NCBI GenBank assembly: GCA_963662715.1
Contig: OY759724.1
Location: 3,210,001-3,242,000, forward strand
From: Candidatus Omnitrophota bacterium
GTDB lineage: Bacteria; Omnitrophota; Gorgyraeia; Zapsychrales; JANLHA01
DNA: 32,000 bases
Direction of reading: 5' to 3'
Below the pieces are notes generated by a model that made no database searches, was not told the DNA's origin, and worked only from the letters and a program-made list of their open reading frames with translations. Positions 1 to 8,516 of this stretch are shown here, in pieces (positions within the stretch are counted from its first letter, which is position 1; every line of letters begins with the position of its first letter). The position numbers and the translations under genes were made by a program.

Positions 1-1046
1 GTGACACAAACGGCGGGACACTGCCCCAGGAAATTCAGAAAATCATGTCCGAAATACAGCAGGCCGTCACGGCGCCTCTGGGCATTCACACTCATAATGA
101 TCTTGATTTGGCGGTGGCCAACAGTTTAACAGCGATCGTGTCCGGCTGCACACAGGTTCAAGGGACATTCAACGGACTGGGAGAACGGTGCGGGAATGCC
201 GATCTGTGCACGATCATTGCCATCCTGCATTCAAAAATGAAAATCAAATCTATCCCGGAAAACAAGGTTAAACTTTTAACGGAGACCGCTTACTTCTTGA
301 GTGAAATCAGCAATATTAAGCTGGCGGATAATCATCCCTTTGTCGGGCACTCTGCTTTTGCCCATAAGGCCGGAGTTCATATCGACGCCATGTTAAAAAA
401 TCCTTTAGCCTATGAACACGCGGATCCGCAAATCGTCGGGAACCACCGTCGTTTTATCACATCGGAACTGGCCGGAAAAATGCCTATCATTATGAAAGCC
501 CAACAGATGGACACGTTCATCGATAAGAAATCACCGCAGGCCAAGAAACTGCTGAAAGAGCTGCAGGAAAAAGAACATGAAGGATATCAATTTGAAGCCG
601 CGGATGCCTCCTTTGAGCTTTTCATGAAAAAGGCCCTTAAAAAATATACGCCTTTCTTCAAGCTGGAGGGGTTTAAAACTTTTATTGAGAAGCGTTTTGA
701 CGGGAAGATCTTCGCGGAAGCATCTATACGGATCGATGTCAATGGACAAGAAAAATTCTCGGCGGCTGAAGGTGACGGACCCGTGGATGCTTTAGACCGG
801 GCCTTGAGGCTTGCCCTGGATAATTTTTACCCGAACCTTAAAGACATGCATCTGAGAGACTATAAAGTCAGGGTCATCGATTCCAAGGCGGGAACGGCCG
901 CCAAGGTAAGGGTTCTCATCGAATCGCAGGACAAAACGGATTCCTGGACAACGGTCGGCGTCCATGAAAACATCATCCAGGCCAGCTGGGAGGCTCTCAC
1001 GGACAGCATCGAGTATAAACTCATGAAAGACAGGAAAAAAAACTAA
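1..1046 (+). CDS. Citramalate synthase / 2-isopropylmalate synthase family protein (CimA/LeuA-like), 5'-truncated by the window edge
   Basis: The frame is open from nt 3 (DTNGGTLPQEIQKIM...), so the Met at nt 45 is internal. HMGL-type motifs GIHTHNDLDLAVANS and GERCGNADL are present. A LeuA-dimer-like C-terminal regulatory domain follows. Confidence 0.85.
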   Translation, partial: DTNGGTLPQEIQKIMSEIQQAVTAPLGIHTHNDLDLAVANSLTAIVSGCTQVQGTFNGLGERCGNADLCTIIAILHSKMKIKSIPENKVKLLTETAYFLSEISNIKLADNHPFVGHSAFAHKAGVHIDAMLKNPLAYEHADPQIVGNHRRFITSELAGKMPIIMKAQQMDTFIDKKSPQAKKLLKELQEKEHEGYQFEAADASFELFMKKALKKYTPFFKLEGFKTFIEKRFDGKIFAEASIRIDVNGQEKFSAAEGDGPVDALDRALRLALDNFYPNLKDMHLRDYKVRVIDSKAGTAAKVRVLIESQDKTDSWTTVGVHENIIQASWEALTDSIEYKLMKDRKKN

Positions 1047-1081
1047 ACCGCTACGACACGCATTAAGGGATTGTAGAAATC

Positions 1082-3751
1082 ATGAATGAATTACCGCCAC
1101 GTTTTATTTTTAATGATATTGAACCGAACTGGTGTTCGCTCTGGGAAAACACGAATATTTTCCACGGCTCGGCGAATCCGGCTAAAAAACCCTATTCCAT
1201 TGTCATTCCCCCTCCTAATGTCACGGGTATTCTCCATATGGGGCATGCTTTAAACAATACCCTGCAGGACATCATCATTCGCTACAAAAGGATGCAGGGC
1301 CATGAAACATGCTGGATGCCGGGGACGGACCATGCCGGTATTGCCACTCAAAATGTCGTTGAACGCCAGCTGGCACAGGAGGGGAAAACCCGTTATGATA
1401 TCGGCCGGGAGGAAATGCTCGCAAGGCTGTGGAAATGGAAAGAAGAATACGGAGGCACGATCATCAATCAGCTGAAAAAACTGGGATCTTCCTGCGACTG
1501 GGCACGGACACGGTTCACGATGGATGACGATTACAGCGACGCCGTGAAAGAAGTTTTTGTCCGGCTTTATGAAAAAGGCCTTATCTACCGCGGCAGATAT
1601 ATCATAAACTGGTGCCCCCGCTGCCAGACCGCGCTGTCTGATGAAGAAGCCGAACATCGCGAACAACAGGGCGCTTTGTATTACATACGCTATCCGTTGA
1701 AAAATGACGCCGGGCAATACGTCATTGTGGCGACGACCCGGCCGGAAACCATGCTGGGGGATACGGCCGTTGCTGTTCATCCGGAAGACCCCCGTTATCA
1801 ACACCTGATCGGGCAAACAATCACCTTGCCTATCATCAAACGGGACATTCCTGTGGTCGCGGACGCCTTTGTTGATCCGGCTTTCGGCACGGGAGCGGTC
1901 AAAGTCACTCCGGCTCACGATCCCAACGATTTTGAAATCGGCACGCGTCATAAATTAGCGTTCGTTAATATCATGCATGCCGATGCCGTCTTAAACGAAG
2001 CCGCCGGGGATTTCTCCGGGCTTGACCGTTTTGAGGCCCGGGAAGCGATCATTGAGACGCTCAAAGAGCTGAAGTTATTGGAAAAGGTGGAGCCCCATAC
2101 TCACGCCGTCGGACACTGCTACCGCTGTCATACTGTTGTCGAACCCTATCTCTCGCAACAATGGTTTGTTAAAATGAAACCCCTGGCGGAGCCGGCGGTC
2201 CAGGCTGTCCGGGAGGGAAAAATCAAATTCACACCCGAACGCTGGACAAAAGTCTATTTAAACTGGATGGAAAACATCCGGGACTGGTGCATATCGCGGC
2301 AGATCTGGTGGGGACACAGAATTCCGGTCTGGTATTGCCAGGACTGTGAAGAGGGGCAAAACATTATCGTTTCCAAGACAACGCCTGCAAGCTGTCCGCG
2401 CTGTCAATCCTCCCGGCTGATCCAGGACGAGGACGTTTTGGATACCTGGTTCTCGTCATGGCTCTGGCCTTTCGCTACTTTCGGCTGGCCGCGGCAGGGG
2501 GAGACCACGGATGACCAGATTAACGAGGTTAATAACGACCTGAGTTTCTTTTATCCGACCAAGGCCTTGTTCACCGCTTCGGAGATCATCTTTTTCTGGG
2601 TGGCCCGCATGATCATGGCCGGCCTTGAATTCATGGGAGAGATTCCTTTTTCCGATGTCTATATCCACGGAACGGTTCGGGACGCGCAGGGGCGGAAGAT
2701 GTCTAAGTCTCTCGGCAATGCGATTGATCCGCTGGAAATCATAAAAGAGTACGGGGCCGACGCTCTCCGTTTCAGCCTCATCATCAATTCGGGACAAGAC
2801 CTGTATATTTCTAAAGAAAAGTTCGAAATCGGCAGAAACTTCGCCAATAAAATCTGGAATGCCTGCCGGCTCGTGCTCTTGAATATCCCGCCGGAGAAAC
2901 GGGATCCAGAGTTCTTTCAAACTCTTGAAAAAGAGCAGATGGACTTACCCTCACGATGGATCCTGTCCCGGTTCTATACGACATTATCCCATGTCTCGCA
3001 GGCGATTGAAACTTACCGTTTTTCCGAAGCGGAAAATTTGATTTATGAATTCTTCTGGAAAAACTACTGTGACTGGTACCTGGAAATAAACAAGGCGAAC
3101 TTCAATAATGCCGGCATAAGCTCCATTATTTTTTTCATCCTTGAACAATCTATTCATCTGATCCATCCGTTTATGCCTTTCGTAACTGAAGAGATCTGGG
3201 ACCAGATAAAAAGGAATCCGAAGCCGCTCTCCGTGCAGGCCTGGCCGGGACACGGGCCTCAATGGGAGGACCAGAAAGCCGAGGATGACATGCAACTTCT
3301 TATCGACCTTATTACCGACATCCGCAACGTAAGAGCACAATGGCGCATCAAGCCGCAGCAGGAGATCGATTGTTTTCTGTCATCACAGGATGAGACGCAA
3401 ACCGCATTGCTGCAGGACAACGCGTCGCTGCTGAAAACGTCACTTAAAATAAGAAATCTGCAAATTGCCGAGAGTCTGCCCAAAAATGAAGGGAACTCAA
3501 CAGGAGTGGTCAAAAACGTCACCTTTGCCATACCGTTAGGAAACATCATCGATGTTCACGAAGAACAACTGCGCTTGCAAAAACAACATGCAGAGATTGA
3601 AAAGCTCATATTAAATCTGACGAAAAGACTTCAAAACGATTCGTTTATTCAAAAGGCCCCCGCCGATGTTGTGGAAAAAGAAAAAAACAGGCTGCAGGAG
3701 CTGGAAAACAAACAACAGGACATTAAAAAATTATTAGCATCTTTAGGATAG
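1082..3751 (+). CDS. valS: Valine--tRNA ligase
   Basis: 889 aa. Class I HIGH-type motif PPPNVTGILHMGHA and KMSKS motif (KMSKSLGN). CP1 editing-domain-like region and the C-terminal coiled coil typical of ValS. Confidence 0.97.
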   Translation: MNELPPRFIFNDIEPNWCSLWENTNIFHGSANPAKKPYSIVIPPPNVTGILHMGHALNNTLQDIIIRYKRMQGHETCWMPGTDHAGIATQNVVERQLAQEGKTRYDIGREEMLARLWKWKEEYGGTIINQLKKLGSSCDWARTRFTMDDDYSDAVKEVFVRLYEKGLIYRGRYIINWCPRCQTALSDEEAEHREQQGALYYIRYPLKNDAGQYVIVATTRPETMLGDTAVAVHPEDPRYQHLIGQTITLPIIKRDIPVVADAFVDPAFGTGAVKVTPAHDPNDFEIGTRHKLAFVNIMHADAVLNEAAGDFSGLDRFEAREAIIETLKELKLLEKVEPHTHAVGHCYRCHTVVEPYLSQQWFVKMKPLAEPAVQAVREGKIKFTPERWTKVYLNWMENIRDWCISRQIWWGHRIPVWYCQDCEEGQNIIVSKTTPASCPRCQSSRLIQDEDVLDTWFSSWLWPFATFGWPRQGETTDDQINEVNNDLSFFYPTKALFTASEIIFFWVARMIMAGLEFMGEIPFSDVYIHGTVRDAQGRKMSKSLGNAIDPLEIIKEYGADALRFSLIINSGQDLYISKEKFEIGRNFANKIWNACRLVLLNIPPEKRDPEFFQTLEKEQMDLPSRWILSRFYTTLSHVSQAIETYRFSEAENLIYEFFWKNYCDWYLEINKANFNNAGISSIIFFILEQSIHLIHPFMPFVTEEIWDQIKRNPKPLSVQAWPGHGPQWEDQKAEDDMQLLIDLITDIRNVRAQWRIKPQQEIDCFLSSQDETQTALLQDNASLLKTSLKIRNLQIAESLPKNEGNSTGVVKNVTFAIPLGNIIDVHEEQLRLQKQHAEIEKLILNLTKRLQNDSFIQKAPADVVEKEKNRLQELENKQQDIKKLLASLG

Positions 3752-3758
3752 TCAAATT

Positions 3759-4601
3759 ATGCAAACCGAAATAGACAAAGCCATTCGTCGAGCCCTTAAG
3801 GAAGACCATAGCGACAAGGACGTCACAACCCGGTGTCTCGTAAGCCCAAGTCAAATATCCCATGCCGCTATTATCACGCGGGAGGATTGTGTCATCTGCG
3901 GGTTATCTCTTATCATAACATTATTCCGCAGGCTTGACCGAGAGATAAAGATCACCTGCCATTATCAAGACGGAGACAATGTGAAAAAGAGCCAGAAAAT
4001 CATCACTTTTGAAGGGAAGACAAGGGCCTTGCTCTCGGGAGAACGCGTGGCCTTGAACTTTTTCTCTTATCTCTCCGGGGTTGCCACTCTGACCCATCGT
4101 TTTGTTGAAAAAGTGCACGACCTCCCGGTGAAAATCATGGACACCCGGAAGACAATCCCCGGTTTGAGAGCTTTGGTCAAAATGGCGGTGCGCAGCGGGG
4201 GAGGGGTGAACCATCGCTTTAACCTCAAAGAAATGGTCATCATCAAAGACAACCATCTTCTGGCCTATGAAAAAGATGCCACGATAAAAGATGCCATCCT
4301 TCATGTCAGAAGACAAACCAAGAAGCTTATTGTCGTGGAAGTAGACACTCTCACGCAATTTAAAGAAGCTTTGGAAGCGGCTCCGGATATTGTTCTTCTG
4401 GACAACATGAGCATTCCTGACATGCGGGAAGCCGTTCAACATAAAACAGATCAAAAAAGTCATTGCCTCTTGGAAGCTTCCGGGGGAATCAACCTGCATA
4501 ACGTCCGTCAAGTGGCGTTAACAGGAGTCGACCGCATCTCTATCGGGGCTTTAACCCATTCCCCCAGAGCCATTGACTTTTCTATGGAATTCGGAGAATA
4601 A
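3759..4601 (+). CDS. nadC: Nicotinate-nucleotide diphosphorylase (quinolinate phosphoribosyltransferase)
   Basis: 280 aa. Motifs LLSGERVALNF, DTRKTIPGLRALVKMAVRSGGGVNHR and LLDNM are typical of NadC. The start lies 7 nt after the valS stop. Confidence 0.93.
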   Translation: MQTEIDKAIRRALKEDHSDKDVTTRCLVSPSQISHAAIITREDCVICGLSLIITLFRRLDREIKITCHYQDGDNVKKSQKIITFEGKTRALLSGERVALNFFSYLSGVATLTHRFVEKVHDLPVKIMDTRKTIPGLRALVKMAVRSGGGVNHRFNLKEMVIIKDNHLLAYEKDATIKDAILHVRRQTKKLIVVEVDTLTQFKEALEAAPDIVLLDNMSIPDMREAVQHKTDQKSHCLLEASGGINLHNVRQVALTGVDRISIGALTHSPRAIDFSMEFGE

Positions 4602-4603
4602 TC

Positions 4604-5275
4604 ATGAAGTTATATTTTATCCTTTTTCTAACCATAAACATCGTCTGCTTTTCCCCCCGTCCTTTATCCGCTGCGGGGGAGGACTTTTTGGGGAACAGCA
4701 TTTTTGACGACAAACAACTGCTCAACGGTTATGCCGAGAAATATTCTACCGAGGACAAAGAGTTCCTCTTGGCCATCATTCAGGACGAAACCGTGACCCC
4801 CTTCAAGACCGCCGCCGCCGTCAGGGTCTTCCGGGAAAAGTATTGTCAGGAAATATTCACTAAGGAAAAAAAACAGGCTGAAAGGATACTGCTCCGCCGT
4901 TTAAACCGGACCGACTCGGCTTTTGTCCAGGTTGAAATCATGCATGCCCTTTGTCTCATGGACCGGTACAAATACTTCGACTCTATGATTCCCCTGCTGA
5001 TCAATAAAATGAATCACTATAATGACACGATCAACGAAATGGCTTTTGACGCTATTAACCATATTATTGAAAAAGGGAACAACCGTCCGAGGGAAGCCCG
5101 GATTGTCTTTAACACCTTGCGGAGATTCTTTTTCCTGTCCCGGAGACGCCTGGCCAATTTGGCCGAACCGGATTCCCGCCTCGTACAGAAATTCGAAATA
5201 CTTCGTTGGGCGCTCAAAGTCTTGGGGACTCAGGAGATCAGACGGTTACCGAAAGAAGTCATCAATCTGCTTTAA
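4604..5275 (+). CDS. Hypothetical secreted protein, possibly HEAT/armadillo-like helical repeats
   Basis: 223 aa with an N-terminal signal-peptide-like segment (MKLYFILFLTINIVCFSPRPLSAAG). Tightly packed 2 nt after nadC. No motif I recognise. Confidence 0.6.
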   Translation: MKLYFILFLTINIVCFSPRPLSAAGEDFLGNSIFDDKQLLNGYAEKYSTEDKEFLLAIIQDETVTPFKTAAAVRVFREKYCQEIFTKEKKQAERILLRRLNRTDSAFVQVEIMHALCLMDRYKYFDSMIPLLINKMNHYNDTINEMAFDAINHIIEKGNNRPREARIVFNTLRRFFFLSRRRLANLAEPDSRLVQKFEILRWALKVLGTQEIRRLPKEVINLL

Positions 5276-5311
5276 TAATTTTCAGGGCAGGACTTAAACA
5301 GGAATTTTACC

Positions 5312-7147
5312 GTGACAAAAAAACAGATATACTTTTTTATCAGTGCGACACTGTTAAGTATAGCCATCTGGTATAAATTCACCTATCCGCAATTTGCTTT
5401 CATTGATTTATCCGTAGATAAAAATACGGCCTTCCAGGTTGCCGAGAAATATCTTTCAGAAGAACTGCAGGTCGACACGACGCAGTACCGTCACGCCACC
5501 GCTTTCATCGGGAATATCAATGCGGACCGGTATCTGCAGAAGGCCATGGGATTCAACAAATCCTTAGAGTTTATTGAAAAACATGATTTTGAATACTTTT
5601 TCTGGAGGGTCCGTTTCTACAAAGAAAACGAAATTGAACAATACCGGGTGACCGTCAGCGCGGCGACAGGAGAAATCACAAACTTTACGCATAGCATTCT
5701 TGCCACCGAAGCCAGGGATGAAATAACGCAAACCCAGGCTCAGGAAAAGTCCGTTGAATTTCTCAAAAAAAAGTTCCAGTTTAATCCCGACGATTACATT
5801 CTGCACAGCCATTTCGAGAAGAAACATGACAACCGGACCGATTTTTCTTTTGTCTGGGAGAAAAAGGGCGTTTATATCCCCTGGAGCGACGAACCGAATA
5901 CCGGGGGGGCAAAACTCCTGGTCGGGACAAAAGTTTCCGGGGATGAAATCCTGACATTCAATAAAATGTCCCTGGATATCCCGCAGGAATTCCATGTTTA
6001 CCTTGCCCGTCTGAAAACGGTGGGGACGAATCTGGCTGTCGTTTTCCGGATGCTTTTCTTTCTTCTGTTAACGTCATCTATTTTCTACGTTGTCGTCCGC
6101 CGGAACGATCTTGTGATGCATACGACAAAAAAATTCTGTGTCGGCATAACACTTTTTATTTTCTTCCTGAACCTCCTGACCTATTTCAATGAATTCGAAT
6201 CGGTCCTGTATAATTACCGCCCGACATCTTCGTTTTCATCCTATCTCTGGAGGTCCATGACCCAATTCATTATGGACACCTTCATCGTTACCATCAGCAT
6301 TCTCATGCCCTGCTTAGCGGGGGAATCATTGCATTATGAGACTTTAAGAGAAAAAAAGGAAGGCAGCTTCCTGCACTTCATTCTTTCATCTTTTCAAAGC
6401 AGGAAAATTTCATCCCTGATCCTGTTGGGATATTTCGTCGCCATTATTATGATCGGCATTCAATCCTTTGCCTTCGAATTCGGACAAAGATATTTGAATG
6501 TCTGGGTGGAATACACCTGGATGGCCCAGCTCTCGTCCAGTTTCTTCCCGTTCTTAACGGCATTCATATTAGGTTTCGTTGCGGGGTCGACTGAAGAGAT
6601 CTGCTTCCGGCTTTTTTCTATCAGCTTTGGCAAAAAATTCCTGAAAAGCACGGTCTTAGCCGTGCTTTTCTCCTCGCTGCTGTGGGGATACGGGCACAGC
6701 ACATATCTGGTTTTTCCCATGTGGTTCCGGGGCCTGGAAGTCACTTTGATGGGAATCTTTCTGGCTGTCATTTACTTGCGTTACGGGATCGTCACGGTCC
6801 TGGTGGCCCACTACCTTTTTGACGTTTTCTGGGTCAGTTCAGCTTACTTATTAGGGACATCGACGCCCTACCATTTTTACAGCGCTCTGGCGATGCTCCT
6901 GCTGCCTTTAATTTATGCCGGCTATGCCTATCTTCGCAATGCCTCAACAGAAGAAAAACAAATGCACTGGAAATTAACGAAACATCAGTTGTTTAACCTG
7001 AACGTTCTCAAACATTATTTAAAGGACCACCCTGTTGACGTTTCCCGGCCGATAGAAGAGGTCAAACGGGAAATCAAGAATCACGGCTGGGACATCTCTG
7101 TGGTTGAACTTGCCCTGGAAGACCCCAGGAAACCTGAGAACAAATAA
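5312..7147 (+). CDS. CPBP family (CAAX/Abi-type) intramembrane glutamic endopeptidase with a large N-terminal extracytoplasmic domain
   Basis: 611 aa with a GTG start. One N-terminal TM segment is followed by a soluble region of roughly 200 aa and then a multi-TM region. The TM region carries CPBP motifs EExxxR (STEEICFR), GYGHS and HYLFD. Confidence 0.8.
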   Translation: MTKKQIYFFISATLLSIAIWYKFTYPQFAFIDLSVDKNTAFQVAEKYLSEELQVDTTQYRHATAFIGNINADRYLQKAMGFNKSLEFIEKHDFEYFFWRVRFYKENEIEQYRVTVSAATGEITNFTHSILATEARDEITQTQAQEKSVEFLKKKFQFNPDDYILHSHFEKKHDNRTDFSFVWEKKGVYIPWSDEPNTGGAKLLVGTKVSGDEILTFNKMSLDIPQEFHVYLARLKTVGTNLAVVFRMLFFLLLTSSIFYVVVRRNDLVMHTTKKFCVGITLFIFFLNLLTYFNEFESVLYNYRPTSSFSSYLWRSMTQFIMDTFIVTISILMPCLAGESLHYETLREKKEGSFLHFILSSFQSRKISSLILLGYFVAIIMIGIQSFAFEFGQRYLNVWVEYTWMAQLSSSFFPFLTAFILGFVAGSTEEICFRLFSISFGKKFLKSTVLAVLFSSLLWGYGHSTYLVFPMWFRGLEVTLMGIFLAVIYLRYGIVTVLVAHYLFDVFWVSSAYLLGTSTPYHFYSALAMLLLPLIYAGYAYLRNASTEEKQMHWKLTKHQLFNLNVLKHYLKDHPVDVSRPIEEVKREIKNHGWDISVVELALEDPRKPENK

Positions 7148-7176
7148 TATGTTCACGTTTTATCCGAGTCACTGTT

Positions 7177-8028
7177 ATGGATCTTAACCCTTTTCAATAT
7201 CACGCTCCGCAAAGTTTAAAAGAAGCTGCGGATTTATATTTCAAATTATCCCAGGTAAAACTTCTGGCCGGGGGGACGATGTTGCTGAACAGCCTGAAGA
7301 CAGCGAAAAAAAAGGGACTGAAAACCCCGCAACACATCATCAGCCTGAAAAGGATACCGGAACTGAAAGATATCCGGAGGGAAGAGGGGGGGCTCAGCAT
7401 CGGCGCCATGACGACCTTTGCGGACCTTATCCGCAGCCCTCTCGTAAGCCAGGAATTAAGAAACATCCTCCGGCAAATAGGAACAACCCAAATACGCAAT
7501 ATGGGAACGGCAGGGGGCAATCTGACCTGCCGCTATACATGGACGGAATTAGGAACGGTTATGATGTCGCTCAATGCTCTCTTGTCTTTTTATAACCCAA
7601 AGGGGGAAAGCTATACGGAAACGGCCGCCGAATTCTTTGCGAAGCAGGCAAAAACAAAAGACATTCTGACGCACATCCGTGTTCCCGGCCCAGAACCCCG
7701 GGCTGTCGGTTATTATCGGCTGCCGAAAACGTCTCCTTTGGACGTCCCTCTTTTTGCCGTGTGTATCAGTGCCGAATGCGCTAAAGGGACATTTCAGGAC
7801 ACCGTGATAACGATCAACAGAGGGACATCATTCCCTTGCCGGTACAGGGAACTCGAAGCACAATTAAACGGGAAAACAATGACGCCTGAAACAATCTCTG
7901 AAATGTATCCGCTCATTCAGCCGCAGGCTTTTGATCCGCATTGCGAAGGCTATAAAGGCCATATGTATAAAATAGGCATCCGGGATACTCTGAAGAATTT
8001 GATAAAAGGGCATCGAGATCATGGATAA
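7177..8028 (+). CDS. Xanthine dehydrogenase/CO dehydrogenase family, FAD-binding (medium) subunit
   Basis: 283 aa with the LLAGGTMLL and GTAGGNL motifs of the FAD_binding_5/CoxM-like fold. Overlaps the next gene by 8 nt. Confidence 0.88.
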   Translation: MDLNPFQYHAPQSLKEAADLYFKLSQVKLLAGGTMLLNSLKTAKKKGLKTPQHIISLKRIPELKDIRREEGGLSIGAMTTFADLIRSPLVSQELRNILRQIGTTQIRNMGTAGGNLTCRYTWTELGTVMMSLNALLSFYNPKGESYTETAAEFFAKQAKTKDILTHIRVPGPEPRAVGYYRLPKTSPLDVPLFAVCISAECAKGTFQDTVITINRGTSFPCRYRELEAQLNGKTMTPETISEMYPLIQPQAFDPHCEGYKGHMYKIGIRDTLKNLIKGHRDHG

Positions 8029-8509
8029 AAAACTGACGACACTCCATATCAATAAAACAAAATACCAACTGCCCCTGGAAGGCCACGAGACGCTCCTGGA
8101 AGTCCTCCGTGACCAGATAGGGTTAACGGGGACAAAATCCGCCTGTTCCGAAGCCGAGTGCGGCGCTTGCACCGTCTTAATAGACGGGCAGTCCGTCCTA
8201 TCCTGTATCACCTTGGCTTGTGATGTTGAAGGCCGGGACATCCTCACAATTGAAGGCTTGTCCCAGAACGAAGAGCTGCATCCTGTCCAGCAGGCCTTTC
8301 TGGAAAAGGGGGCCGTTCAATGCGGATTCTGTATCCCGGGGATGATTTTGTCTTCACATGCTTTACTTTCCGAGAATCCTCAACCGGAAACGGAACAAAT
8401 ACAAAAATCGATCGACGGGCATATCTGCCGCTGTGCGGGATATCATAAAATGATTGACGCCGTCAAATATGCCGGTGAACTTATCGCAAAGAAGGAACGG
8501 GAAAGCTAA
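8021..8509 (+). CDS. Xanthine dehydrogenase family, [2Fe-2S]-binding (small) subunit
   Basis: 162 aa. Two Fe-S cysteine clusters: CSEAECGACTV...C and CGFCIPG...CRCAGY. Confidence 0.93.
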   Translation: MDKKLTTLHINKTKYQLPLEGHETLLEVLRDQIGLTGTKSACSEAECGACTVLIDGQSVLSCITLACDVEGRDILTIEGLSQNEELHPVQQAFLEKGAVQCGFCIPGMILSSHALLSENPQPETEQIQKSIDGHICRCAGYHKMIDAVKYAGELIAKKERES

Positions 8510-8516
8510 TTCTCTT

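Noticed and set aside
1250-1951. 233-aa minus-strand ORF. The same applies to other antisense ORFs inside valS, nadC, the XDH genes, the HK/RR genes and the permease.
   Set aside because: All lie inside strongly supported genes on the opposite strand and show no motifs. They are typical shadow ORFs.
8454-8516. Upstream extension of the Moco large-subunit ORF (start at 8454)
   Set aside because: The extension would overlap the small-subunit gene by 56 nt, and its first 21 residues (MTPSNMPVNLSQRRNGKANSL) are not family-like. ATG 8517 follows the small-subunit stop and a purine-rich RBS-like stretch.
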